A stretch of DNA of 63,167 bases, filler included, from Folioceros fuciformis (GCA_049999805.1; 5 parts of 4 records of this genome joined end to end with filler, not necessarily neighbours in it); one strand, 5' to 3'; numbered from the whole stretch's first letter, positions 26,488 through 39,589 are shown. Translations and numbers: made by a program. The notes: generated by a model not told the origin, from the sequence alone.

Positions 26488-26735
26488 GCTTGTCCTGCTT
26501 ACATCGGTGACCATTGTTTTATTACTTCATCGCTGGTTGAGATCCGATGACGATAACAACAGTTCTTACGAGGTAGTGCATGCGCCGCGGAGTTGTCTTA
26601 GTGTACTTGTGCTCGTACGCATTTACGTCCGACGGTAGCGGCTTGCATTCTCTAAATTATCCTGAATCCTAGACAGCTGACTGGGACTCGACTTTTCAAC
26701 AAAAGAACCTCAAGATAATCAGGGTCATCGGACAG

Positions 26736-27256
26736 GTGAGCCAGCGTGTACATCCTCCAGTTGCACATCTCATTCCACATGCAGCCATCGATTCTTGTCA
26801 AGTTGCGGGCTACGACATCCCCGCGGGGATGCAGGTGCTTGTGAATATTTGGAGCATCGCACAGGCCAAATCCGTATGGGAGAGGCCTGCGGAGATTCAT
26901 GGGAAGGTATGTAGCCAAGCCTTTACCAGCGAGTTGCTCAACCCTCTGCAGGAGTGGTCTCACAAGAATGCTCCTGAACTTGTGTGATGGTGTGCTGCAG
27001 GGATTTTGACATATCTGGCCAGAATTTTGACTTCATTCCTTTCGGAGCTGGCAGGAGGTTGTCCTGGCATCCAATTGGGCCTCACCCATGTGAATTATGC
27101 CGTAGCTCAGCTACTGCATAGCTTCGATTGGCAGCTGCCTCAGGGCCAACACCTGAGCACATGGACATGAAGGAAACTTTTGGATTGACCATGCCCAAGA
27201 CCGTCCCGTTGCAGGCTGTTGCTACTCCCCGCTTGCCTCCCCAGTTGTATTACTAG
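26736..27256 (+). pseudogene. Inverted, disabled copy of the P450 3' half
   Basis: Near-identical reverse complement of 12047-12542, with a deletion in the PERF region and a 2-bp deletion in the heme motif (ggcaggag--gttgt). Confidence 0.88.
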
Positions 27257-28493
27257 CTCTCGCCGTTTGGGGCGGAAATCGTGTACAGCTAGTTACCTGG
27301 ACACCACGGTCGAAGGTAGTCCAGATGGAATGCACAATGCATGCATCCGGTTTTCCGCTTCGCAAGTCACGTCCACCATCCCACGTGCCGAGGGCCCAAA
27401 TTCCTGGCTGGAAATGGTGGGAGGTCTCTCTAGGCTAGTCTATCTCCAAAAGAGAGCACGGTATGCTAGCTAGCGCAAAGTTACCATTCCACGCACAAGG
27501 AATACTTCAAGCCAGTGCTTGGAAGTCGTCTTTGCAAGCAGACGACGGGTTATCACTTTCACAGCAGAAAAACAGCTATGGCACCCGACTAACAGACAGA
27601 ATTGCTCTTGTGCTATGCTTAATTCCAATTTTCTTTGCTTAGTGCCTCGTCTTCAAACGAAAGGTGAAAGTAACAGGAGGTCGGACGTCCTCTTCCAGTG
27701 AAGGTTTTAAGCCTCTATCAAAATACCAAACAGGATAAGCTCCACACGGATGGTGAAGAGTGCAATCATCCAGTGTTAACGAGTAAGCACAGAAGCGTGA
27801 AACTTCAGCAAATGTAAGATGGCCGCCCTGAGCACCGGTTGCACACAGATAACATTCCTCAACCAGCGTATACTCTGGAAGTTCAGGGATAATGAGATGC
27901 CTTCTGTAGATCTCTTGCAGCCTCCTTTGTTGTTCAGTTCTTGGAAACCCATTAGATCGAAGGATCATACATGGCGAGCAAGAAATCAGTGAAGCGTGAA
28001 ACTTAAGAGAATTTAAGATGGCCGCCCTGGGCACCGGCTGCACACGGATAACATTCCTTTACCAGCGTATGTCCTGGCTGGTGCTGGTAACCCGAAATTG
28101 TAAGCTGTTTACGGTCCTCACTTCCTGAAACTGCACTTTTGTCGCACTTCGGCATTGGCTGCGATGGTCCTTGTCGCACAGCTGCTTGAAGACTTGCTGT
28201 CTTCCTTGAACACACTTGCCTCATCTAGAAAGCCCCGTGTCAAGTCTCAACGACGCCGATTTAACATCATTCTACAGAGTTTTGGAGATGGTTTTGACAA
28301 CGTACCATGCATGCCACCCCTTGTCCCGTCTCTCAAATTAGTAAATTCAGGGCAGCCACAAATCAGGGACCTGTCTCTGAAATCTCGGTATTCGAGATGG
28401 AAGCTCAGGGATACTGAGATGTCACTCTCTAAATCTCTTGCAGCCTCCTTTGTTGTTCAGTCCTTGGAAACCGATTAGATCGAAGGATCCAGC

Positions 28494-28650
28494 GTGGCGA
28501 TCAAGAAATCACTGTATCTCTACGTGGACGATCATCTAGCAGGTGCTTTACAAGCGCGAGGAGAGCGAATAGTGCGAAGGGGAAATATGGAGCAGGTTGC
28601 CAGAAGGCCTTTTAATTGCTGTGCCAATGAAATTGCCGTGTATGGGCCAC
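28494..28650 (+). pseudogene. Truncated, frameshifted copy of the F-box gene 5' end
   Basis: (V)AIKKSLYLYVDDHLAGALQARGER versus MAMKESLYLFVDDQLAGASQAGGER; homology stops inside the F-box. Confidence 0.85.
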
Positions 28651-28720
28651 CGACGCCTAGAACGGTTGCGTCGGTCATCGAATTTCTTTTCAAACATAGA
28701 GGGAAGTGGGAGCCTCTCTG

Positions 28721-29045
28721 CTGATGGTCTGTTGTGCTACAGTGTTCAGCTCCTTTGGCTGCAATGTTTGTAAAGTGGATGCAGAGGTGCCTCTCCTGAT
28801 GGTCCGTGTATGCTGCACCGTTCGGCTCATTTTGCTCTGTGTTTTTAAACGGGATGACGAGCCCCCCCCCCGCTGATGGTTTGTGTGTGCTGTAGCGTTC
28901 AACTGATTTTGATCCAGTGTTTGTGAACTGGACGAAGAGGCTCCTGTCCGCTGATGATCTGTGTGTGATGCAGCGTTAGCCAATTTTGTTGCAGTGTTTA
29001 TACACGCAATAAAGAGGCCCCTCCGCTGATGGTCTGTGTGTCCTA
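28721..29045. repeat. Degenerate 75-78-bp tandem array, about 4.3 units
   Basis: Motif ctgatg(g/a)t(c/t).. begins at 28721, 28796, 28873, 28951 and 29026. Confidence 0.75.
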
Positions 29046-29369
29046 TAATTCCAAGCTTGGAAAGCTTCATTGCGTTGAGCCTATGGATGAACGGAAACAC
29101 GAGATCAGCGACGTACACAACATTGACATCCAATATTACAACTCCACAATATTAGAACACGACAGTTAAGCCAAGTGCCATGAAGACCGATCAGGAATGG
29201 GGTTCTATCCTTGCAGTATTTGTAAATCGTCTTCACCCTGCCGGCGTCTGGGGTGGCAAGCTAATTACTCCCCAGTGTGAGGTCTCTGCGTGTGCACCAA
29301 CTATGTATATCGTAGCTATCAAGACCAGGTGAGGACAGACATGTATGCAGTGGAATCTGCCAGATTCCA

Positions 29370-30578
29370 CTGCATGGTCACTGCAGAGGTGTTCACTCCC
29401 GCACCGATCAAATCCTGCAACACACAAACAACATGGTAGGATCCCGAATTCCTGCTTCGAACCAGAGGAACATGCTTAAAGTGTTGGGGTGTCATGCAGG
29501 TGTGGTGCAGCAACTAACCTGTATTAGCCCTTTGATCGCGTTGTCGGTGTTGGGCATAGCTCCCTCCTCAGCCCGTTGAGAAAGTAGCACATCCATGAAG
29601 TCCTGCTCTGCCTCTGTCTGCTGCTGCACCGCATTCTGTTTTCTGTGCTCCTTCAGCTCATTGCTCAGGAACTTGTCCAGCTTTGCGTGTCAATTGGCAA
29701 TCTGCTTCTTGGGCCACCAGTCCAAAAATGCCAGGTACCGAGAACGATCTCCCACCATTGGAATTCCGTACAGGTGGAAGAGCTCGTCCAGCGTTTGCTT
29801 GAGTTCTGGACCGACAGATTCAGCCTACAAGGGCAGGAAACTTTCATCCAAGCTTGAGACAATCCAGAAATTACATCACTGTTCTCTGGCGTGGACATGC
29901 AAGCCAGGCCTACCTGGTGGGAGCTTCCTTGGTTGAAAACTCGTTTCCCACACGGCTGTCTCGTCATGAGATTCATGGTCCGAGCAGCAAGCTTCTAGTT
30001 CAAGTCGACTTCCACATCCCTGGCGATCTCGTCCAAAATGGAGAGCACCATGTCAGACATTTCTTGCTGCCTTGCAGCTGCATACTGACTCATCCGCTTC
30101 TGCGTGAGGAGCTCAACACCTTCCTGCAATGATTTCAGCCCGTGTAAGCGGGCATTCTGCATTGCTAACAACACCATTCTCGCGTAAGGAAAGCACCAAG
30201 GGACCTGAGGTATCTCGACTGTAGTCCGTAAGGGGTGGCGGCAGTGGAGCCTTCGATGCATGCCAATCTAGAAGCGAAATTCCGGTCCTGATTCTTGAGC
30301 ACTTCCCGGGCCATCTCCGGGAACGAGATGAGCACCAAACAACCCCCTGCCAGGCGAAGATGCAAAATGGGTCCATACTGCTCCGCCAATCTATCCACCT
30401 CATGGTGAGGATGAGGAGATCTCAGAAATAGGTGCAGGTGCCCGATCAGGGGCCAAGATGGGGGTTCCGGTTGCAGATTCAGTCTGGCCCCAGCCTTGCC
30501 CATTTGCATCCATCGATCGAGCACAAATGTGGCCGGAATGCCTGTAAAGAGCGGCAGAAGCAAGACACTCACATCCAT
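29370..30578 (-). pseudogene. Cytochrome P450 (CYP71 clan) 5' half, frameshifted
   Basis: Membrane anchor, PEPPSWPLIGHLHL, YGPILHLRL, MAREVLKNQDRNFASR, ELLTQKRM...RQQEM, DFMDVLL and I-helix DLIGAGVNTSAVTMQW. Contains frameshifts and in-frame stops. Confidence 0.85.
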
Positions 30579-32734
30579 TTTCCGCTTCACTCTAACTAGA
30601 GCCACAGCGTGCCTTCCTTTGCAGCTCCTTGGAAGTTGGGATCCTTTCCCGGCTTGGGAGGGTCTACGGACGGATAATGATAAAGCAAAAACTCGGCTTA
30701 GGACAGGCCTTCTTCTGCTTTTCTGTTTCCCCTAGGAAAGGGAAGGGGAAACATCACTACAATCGGTAGCTGCGGCGCTCCTTATGAGGCGATCTCCCAC
30801 CTCCTGCCACGAGGGTCCCGACTCCCGGACCACGTTCTCCTAGTTTCCGGTTCCTGCTTGGGATTGATGGGGTGTTTTGAGAAGATTGTGAAGAAACGAC
30901 AACCCTTGGGAAGGCGCCATATTATGGGATTCGCCCCCTAGCAGAATATAATGCAAAATCTGTATTCCTTGTTGGTCACGTTCCGAGCCACCATTGCATT
31001 GCCAAAGATGAGTACTCATCTCACCTACTAGTGCAATACTTAAAAACAGATAGTACAAAATTCATCCCATCCTAGGATGTCATAGAGAAGATCCTAGGAT
31101 GTCATAGAGAAGCGTGTGAACTTTCTAAATAGCCATCTTTCACAAGGTGCTGCGCGCCTTGAATTTGGTTCCAGCAAAATTTCACCCGTACAGAAGTAGC
31201 CAAAACTTAACTTTTGAGGAAAGTAGCAAACTTTAATGTAGTTAAGTATCATATTATGTAAACAATATATATTTCTGGTCACATGATATATGATTGATTT
31301 ACGTTAAGGCATAATTGGAGAGTCATGAATATTAGGGAGCCCTTTGTATAAGGTGAAGTGGTTTCTAGGGCTCAATTATTTGTTAAGCCAGAACACCTTA
31401 TAGTTGCTCACCACAACAACTTGATACTGCCTAACATTAACGCATGATTGTCAAAAGTAGTTATTTCCTATTATCAAAAAAGAATAAAAAATCTCATTTA
31501 CTTCTAAGGTAAGGGAACAAAAAGAGTGCGGCCAAAGTCTTAAAAAAGTACTAGCCCCTCTAAACATCATTCAAAAAAACTACTTATGTCTTGACAAAAT
31601 ATGCAAGAATAGTGAGACCAAGCAATTCACAAGACCCCAAGACTATTATACACTTCATATTTTTTAATGAGAATAGTCAAACAAACAAATAAAGTTTCAT
31701 TTTTATTTTTGAATATTATGAAAGACCATAGCTACACAATAATAGTCTACATCATATAAAAGTAAATTTATTTATCACAATACTTTTATTTTAAGATCTA
31801 TTGTGAATACCTTTATATTTGATTATAAACTTGTTGAGTCAAGACATAGCTGTGGATTAATTCGTAATCAATGCAGTCCATGATATCCTTAATTCATAAC
31901 CAATGCAGTCCATGATATCCTGTAAGAGATATGCTTAATCTCTTGCCCAGAAAGAAAAGACTATACAGGACGTATCTGGAAGTCCATGCACGTATACTTC
32001 AATCCATTAAACCAACATTAATTGTGTCTTCAATCCATATAACCGACANNNNNNNNNNNNNNNNNNNNNNNNNNNNNNNNNNNNNNNNNNNNTTAATTAA
32101 TTAANNNNNNNNNNNNNNNNNNNNNNNNNNNNNNNNNNNNNNNNNNNNCTCTCGCGCCTCGCCCTCCTGCCTTGCTGCAACAACAGCAGCAGCTGTGGAG
32201 TCCTGCCGCGGCTGTGCGCTGCCGTGCCCTGCTCTGCCACTGCTGTCCGCGCGCCTGCTCCTGCTCCTCCGCCTGCGCCTCTCTGGCCCGCCTGCTGGAC
32301 CTCTACTTCTGCCCGCCTTGCCTCGCCTCGCCTCACCTCGCCTCGCCACGCATTGCACCCCCTTGTCAACAACATTGTTCGTTTGCTGTGCTGCTTGTTG
32401 TGGATGTGCGATTCTTGTTCCACTGCCGGGGCTGTCGTCATGCATCTGTGCTGTTGGAGGACGGGGTGCCGGTGGGAATCGCGACTTGGACTGAGATCGC
32501 TCTGAATTTGGCCACCTCACGTCCTCCTCCACCTCCCCCTCAGGGGCCTTCCCAGTAGGGATTTCAGCGTGTCTCTCCCCCGGACATCTCTGCAAACAAT
32601 TCTTCTTCCTCAGCTTGTCTTCACAGCACAATCAAGATTCCACGTAACATCTCTCACAACGGGCGTGTCAGAGGTTGAGGTCGACAGGGCCGGCATGCTG
32701 GCGTGAAAACGTCTTCGTAGACACCTTCCGGAAC

Positions 32735-32816
32735 CTTCCCTTCCCTTGCCTTTCCCTTCCCTTCCCTTCCCGTCCCGTCCCGTCCCGTCCCGTCCCTTCC
32801 CTTCCCTTCCCTTCCC
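32735..32816. repeat. Pentanucleotide microsatellite (cttcc)n/(cgtcc)n upstream of the bHLH gene
   Basis: Directly visible compound repeat. Confidence 0.85.
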
Positions 32817-33500
32817 TGCTGCAACCAGCCGGAGCAAGATTGTCACCTCGCGTTCCAACCTGGCCGACCGTTCTTTCCATCCTCGCCACCAGCTCCTGCG
32901 GCTGCTGCCTTCGACCATAGCTCCCAAGGAGGCGGCGCTAGGCTAGCTTCATTCGGGCGTTTGTTTCCCAATTTCCCTCTGCTCACCTTCATCTGAATGC
33001 GCGTGCGCATGGAGAGACGAGGCGGGATCTTGCTCACTCCACCGACCTTCTTCCGATGTTTCTTTGCAGATACTTGATTCAACACAGCATGCTCAGGTAC
33101 AGTCACCATGACTTCATGCCACGCCCCCCGGAAACCTTCTTTTTTGCATTCCACAGTACCCGCGCTAGCTAGAGCCTGCCTGGGGACGGACTGCACATGG
33201 CTTTTGCTCAATGACATGAATATAAGTGCTGCAGACTGGTCTGCTTCTTGTTCTAACAGGGCTGGGCTTCAATTGTCTAGCATCGATGTTGCGTCCAAAA
33301 ACAAAACTGTTTCAATGCAAATCAACTGTCTCTGCTACTGCTGCACAACCTTTGTTCTGACGATGTCTGTATAGATGGCATTAACGTTTCAACGGGTTGG
33401 AACAGGTTTCATCCAACGACACCTAGGTGCCTTCAACTTCAACAAACTTCTTTCTTCCTGACCAACAGTACTGCGTGTTTGCTGACAGGCTGTTTCCGGA

Positions 33501-35562
33501 ATGCAGCTCGCAGCAATGGACTACCAACTAGCAGAGTTGCAACTGACGCGACCTCCTTCTGACCATTTCTCTCGAGTAACGGAGAGCCAGCAGCTGGAGT
33601 GCGAAATCGAGCCTTCGCTCATGGGGACCATGCTCTTTGACATGTTCAGCTCGCAGCTAGGAACCTTTCCCAGCTCAATCAATTGCACCAGTGCACCGAC
33701 TTTCACCTCACTACCGGCGCTTCATGACCGCTTCAGTGTGTCGGATATGCTGCGCCTGCAGGACTGCCAACCTACCAACGTTTCTCCACTTGCTCTGCCT
33801 GTCGCAAGAAGTTTTACGTACGGTGATATGCTCGAAGACACTATTATTCCTGCAACTGTTTCAGCTGGACAACATCCCCGCTCCATGCTGTCTGGAGCTT
33901 TCGCTACGCCGGATGCCTTTCAGTTATCAAAATTTCCAGGTGGGACAATGGATCGACTTCCCAATGCAGGTGGATACGGAGCTGTTCAGCGTTCCACACA
34001 GGCGGATTTTTTCCCCACAAGCTTGCCTGCTCCCATCAAGTACTGTGAAGGCCTAGGCTCAGCTACTCCCCCGACTTGTGTGCAATCGCCATCTTCTTTC
34101 TGTCTTGATGTAGCAGCCGCAGCCAATGACAACAGCACTCCGGTACCTACTTGTGTTATTCCCCAAGAACAACAACCGGGCCCTTATCGAGCTACTTTGG
34201 AGCGGTCTAATTCCTCGTCAACCCCCTGTCATCAGCTGCCTTCCATGGTCACTGGCCCCAACACTGCAACGGGGATCCCACCATCCTCACTTCAGGAGGA
34301 TACCGAGTATCTGGAAGTATGTCACGATGACTTGTCGGGAGGTGAGAACAGTGGTGAGCCTGCTCGCAACAACAGCCAACCTGTTACTACTGCGCGACCA
34401 GAGCTTTCCAACCAATCTCCTTCAACAGACACGGAAGCTCCGTCAGATAAGGGCGACGATGGCTTGAGCCCTTCCGTCTCTGCTCCGGCCTCTGGTGGTG
34501 CTTCGCAATCCAATTCCGCAGCGGATCAGACGCCTGCAGGTAGCAACACAACTGCGGGAGCTGAAGGAGGATCGACCAGACCAAAACGGAAACGGACCAA
34601 GTCCAACAAGAATATCGAGGACGTCGAAAGCCAGCGTATGACACATATTGCAGTGGAGCGAAACCGACGGAAACAGATGAATGAACACCTGAGCGTGCTG
34701 CGGTCCCTTATGCCCGGTTCTTATGTCCACAAGGTAGGTACTTCAGTGATCTCAGAAACTCGATGCTCCTTCCTGTACTTCATTGCATGCGGAAGTGTGA
34801 CCACGTTCCAGCCTTGCTGCGTGGATTTGTGTAAAGCTGAAGGCGCGTAATAAGAACTCAGACTGACACTTATGATTTTATCTAACGATAATGTCGCTCA
34901 TGTTCTGGATATGTGAAGGGCGACCAAGCATCCATCATTGGTGGCGCCATTGAGTTTGTTAAAGAGTTGGAGCATCTTCTGCAGTGCCTTCAGGCTCAGA
35001 AGCGCAGGAAGTTCTATGCAGACACTTTGAGTCCAAAACCGATTCCGCGGCCAGTTGAGCCTGCACCGTCCCTTCTTCAGCCGGCCCCTTTCTCTGGCTA
35101 TCCAAGAGGTCAAGGAGACTTGAAATTCCCGAGCGAGAACTTCACGGAGCCGCTGAGAGAAACTTTGGCTGAATCTAAATCAGCGGTGGCAGATGTGGAA
35201 GTCAAAATGGTGGGATCGGAGGCTCTGGTAAAGATTATGTCCCAACGAAGACCTGGGCAGCTCATCAAGGCTATTGCTGCATTGGAGAGCCTTCATTTAG
35301 CTATCACGCACACAAACATCACCACAATTGAACACACAGTTCTGTATTCTTTCAACGTAAAGGTTAGTCTTCCTCTGACTTTGGCTTCCTTTTACCTTGC
35401 CTTCTGACATGATGCTTGTGTCCAAATACTTGTTGCAAAGAACCTTGAGTCGAGTTGGTGGTTTCCGGGCTGCAGATTGCTGTCGAGTGCAAGTTGACTG
35501 TGCAAGAGCTGGCAGCAGCAGTCCAGCAGACGTTTGCTGCCATACACAACATGGAAATGTGA
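33501..35562 (+). CDS. bHLH subgroup Ia transcription factor (SPCH/MUTE/FAMA-like, SMF)
   Basis: [48 protein letters not shown] plus C-terminal ACT-like region ADVEVK...[11 protein letters not shown]...[10 protein letters not shown]. Exons approximately 33501-34733, 34919-35361 and 35476-35562. An upstream exon is possible. Confidence 0.92.
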
Positions 35563-36353
35563 AAAGAATCCTGTATTTTATTAAAGATTATACCAACTGA
35601 TTTCAGAGTTTGTCGTAGGAACTATGTATCATCACATCTAGCGGATTCCATCCTTAAGAAACATACGAGTTCTGAGATCGTTGCATCAGTCGGAAACAAT
35701 GTGACAGCATGTATGTCAGATGTCTTACTGCCATGGGTATCTGTTGCTAAGTCTTTTGGAGCTCACCGCGTGGTCTTGCACGCGAAAAGCGCCCCTAGTA
35801 TTCCCTGTCAGAAAGCAGGCTGCGACGTTACAGCATTGGGATTACATAGTCTTAGTATGTAGGTGTGTGTACGGGATAACTGTTTGAAAAGACACTACCT
35901 CACCGGATTGTCAACCTCATGGAATCCGGGCACTGAAATCACAAACTCGTGTAATTTAGCCATGCCAAAGGGGAGAAAAGACTGCAGGGGACCTGCTCAA
36001 GAAATGCGATGTAAAAGTTCAAGAGAGAAAGCAGGTATATATATATGGCTTCGAGCCAAGCCTCCTCAAAAAATAGAGATTTGCCCCTCGCTTTTAAAAT
36101 TGCAAAATTATACCCGAACTCAAGAGCGCCTCCAAACACGGCATAATTTCCAACGCACCAGGTTACAGGAAAATTCCTTGTTGGCCTTGAGTGAGTAATC
36201 TAAGGGCCATGCCCTTACAAGAAGCTGGGTGATAATCTGCAAATCAAGCCATAAAAGGCGATCGCTTCCACAAGACTAAAATGTTTGGTCTGCTTCTGAG
36301 ACCTGTGGAGTTGAAGATAAAGAATGTTTATTACTTCCCTGTCATTCAGTCAG

Positions 36354-37585
36354 TCACTCTGATTTGCTTTCCTGAGCTCCATGCTCTTGTAAGAAATGTT
36401 CTGCTTCCAAAGCCGCCATGCAACCTGTAACCAAGATCACCCCACAGACATGCTGTTGATGGCACGCAGATCTTGCTCCGATGACTTAAACAGTGCAGAC
36501 CTAAACAGGCACGAAAGACTGATGCAGTGAAGGCACAACGACAGGGCAGACAAACACATACCTGTGCCTGCTGCTGTGATGGCTTGCCTCCACTTCTTGT
36601 CTTGCACATCTCCGGCAGCAAATACCCCGGGGATGCTTGTCTGTGTGGTTCCAGGCTTGGTGATTACATAGCCTTCAGCATCAACCGCTAGCTGCCCTTG
36701 CAAAAACTTGGTTGCTGGCTCATGTCCAATAGCGAAAAACAACCCTGAAACCTTTAGATCAGTGATCTCTTTAGTCTTCACATTCTGGACCTTCAATCCG
36801 CCAAGGCTGCCTCTCTCGTTTGGGGTCGCCTCCACGACCTCACTGTCCCAAATGACCGATATTTTAGGGTTTTCGAAAGCCCGTTTCTGCATGATCTTAC
36901 TTGCCCTGAACTCGTCGCGCCTGTGAATTATGAAGACATGAGACCCATATTTGGTCAAGAACGTGGCCTCTTCCATGGCAGAATCGCCTCCACCAATCAC
37001 AGCCAAATCCTTGTTCCTGAAGATAGGAGCTGCACCATCGCAGACTGCACAAGCAGATATACCCTTGTTCCAATAACCGTTCACCTCACCCGACCCTTTG
37101 AAGTCGAGTCTTCTCGCCACCGCCCCTGTTGCAATGATCACAGTCTCCGCCTCCACTTCCTTCTCATCAGTGTAGAGAAGAAACGGGCGCTTTGCCAGGT
37201 CCAACCTCTCCACAGTTTCAGAAAATATGCGCGTCCCAAAACGTAAGCTCTGTGCTCGAAACTTATCAGTCAAGTCCCCACCTATGATCCCTTCAGGAAA
37301 TCCTGGGAAGTTCTCTACATCCGTAGTTGTCGTGAGCTGGCCCCCTGCGGCAATTCCATTAGCCAAAAAACCTTCAAACAGAATAGGCTGCAACTCTGCC
37401 CGAGAAGCGTATATGGCTGCAGTGTGTGCTGCCGGGCCTGAACCCACGATGCACACTTTTGTCTTGAGCTTCTCGGCCATCTTGCCTGCTGAGAACTTTC
37501 TGGGAAAGAAAGCAGAAGAAGCAGTTGGTAATCGTCCTAACAGCCTCCCCACAGCAAATGCGCCGAAAACGTGCCTTGAAATCAT
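36354..37585 (-). CDS. NTR: NADPH-dependent thioredoxin reductase (NTRA/NTRB type)
   Basis: [14 protein letters not shown], redox motif [24 protein letters not shown]. One intron (~36425-36560) precedes the last exon [12 protein letters not shown]...SE*. Confidence 0.95.
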
Positions 37586-38371
37586 GCAAGAAATAGACGT
37601 TAGATCCTGAAGCAAGTGTATGGACACAGAGAACGCAAATGGTCTGAAGGTGTCGGAACAGAACCTACTGTATTCAATAGAAAACGTGGCTACCTTGACT
37701 CCCCGCGCCGCGCGAACACAATAAAATTAATATCAAAGCTTGAAAATACATATCTAAGTTTTTTGGGGACATTGGCCCCATCGCAGAATTGGACGGGCAA
37801 GCCGTCCAGTTCTGCGTCCGGTTATCACCCATCCCTTTCTACGAAGCCGTGCAGGAAACTGTCGCCAAAAACTGAATAACACCATCCCAACAGTCTGAGG
37901 TATCGCACCAGGATCATGACCTCAACTTTCAACTCCTTCTCCTCTGGGTTTGAGGATTGTACATCATCCATTTCCAAATGCTGGTTATCCCAACAATTGT
38001 TCTCCACAACCCCTGGTATGTCCCTTTGAAACGACGCGTCTCTCTTAAAAGTTACCACCCAATCCTCCTTTCCTGTCTAAAATGCAGGCTTTCAACCGCG
38101 AAACTGGAGGGAGGAACTTCGCTCAAGGACTGACATTACAGCGAAACAGTTCAATATATTAATAGCTTGGGTGTTCCGAGCGCACACTGTGTACAGTGGA
38201 GAACTACATAATGTACTCCTCCCCAGAAACTGAGCGTTTCATAAGAGGGACCTGAAAGTTATTCGGCCTCACAAGGCTACATATTGTACTACGTAGTTTC
38301 AGATCAAAACTAGTTGTACACTGCTCAGGACCCCACGCTACGCTGACAACAGGCAGTACCTTGCTACGACC

Positions 38372-39589
38372 TTACGAGTACACGCTAGTAGTATGACCAT
38401 GGCGACCTTCGGTACTCTCAACGTCTGCCTGTGTTTTCCCCTTAGCTCCCAAGAAGGGTTCCCGATGTCTCCGCTCCTGTTCAAGTTGCTCCTGAGCACC
38501 ACCCCTCAACTTCTCCAGATGACCACCTTGACGATCAACTTGCTGGAGCAGGAAAATCCTGACACAGTTCAGAACTGCTGCCAGGAGAATTAAACTTGTC
38601 GCAGTTATCGCAAGCCAGATCGCTGTTGCCTGCCAAGATGGAAACACCTCATGTCAAATTGCAAATACTTGTCAACGCACCTCGTTTACATGAACTTACG
38701 GAGCACTCTATTGGATAGATAGGAGTAGTCATTAACAAACATTCGCTCTGGACAGGAGACCAAAACACGAGGACCAGTTGCCAACATCAGTGAAGACGGG
38801 GTGAAATACCGTAATTTTCTTCACTGCAGTTCTGGGCCAATACAGCAAGTTCAAGATCCCGCTGACGAGCAGCAGAGTGCTGGCGATCACAAAGGGGATG
38901 CTGACAGCTTTCTGCCATGCCTGCACCTGTGTATTGGTCCTTTCGTACACCTGAAATGCATTGTGGATGGAACCAAGCAGCCATAACGCCGGGCCAACAA
39001 CCAGGAGTCGATAGGCATGCTCTTCCACTTGCTTCCGAGTCTCGTATGCGTATGCTCCTTGAGCAGACTGTTGCCATCACCATACATTTTGCATCAAGGG
39101 GTTAGCACAACTGGACAGCAGGTCTCTTCGAAAAACGTACCATCCGAATGGAGGGATAAGAGAAACCGTGCACCAAATACACGAAAACGACGACTTCCAG
39201 AGAATATTGCTTCCGAGAGCTCGCGATCGTACCCTGAGCAACAGAAAGGCGCCGATGAAGAAAACTATACCACCGATTGCCTGCACCAGCGGCGCAGCCA
39301 CCTCAATAAGCGCCAGCTGCGGGTCCAGCGTCACCAGAGGTAGACGGAAGTCGAAACCTGCCAGCTGGGCATACAAGTCGTGCAGATTCACGAGAACGAT
39401 GATGACCAGAGAGATGAGAATGAGCCAGAGGCCGACATTGTGGTTGCGACCGGGCAGTAGCAGCACAGTGCCTGCCAGCAACAAAACCGCTGCCACTAGA
39501 TACAAAAACGCGTTCACATCCTCCGCGATGTTCCGCATGCTGGGAGGGCCATACAGCCGACTCTCCCTCACAGACGCAAGCTTCACCAT
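38372..39589 (-). CDS. Conserved plant multi-pass membrane protein of unknown function, about 4 exons
   Basis: MVKLASVRESRLYGP...VNAFLY, VNLHDLYAQLAGFDFRL and GPALWLLGSIHNAFQVYER, with several hydrophobic helices and GT-AG introns. Confidence 0.75.

Noticed and set aside
28721-29045. CRISPR-like or tRNA-array reading of the 76-bp array
   Set aside because: The 'spacers' resemble each other, there are no cas genes, the context is eukaryotic, and no cloverleaf or T-loop consensus is visible.
30755-30762. CACTACAA as a CACTA transposon end
   Set aside because: No matching opposite terminus or transposase found.
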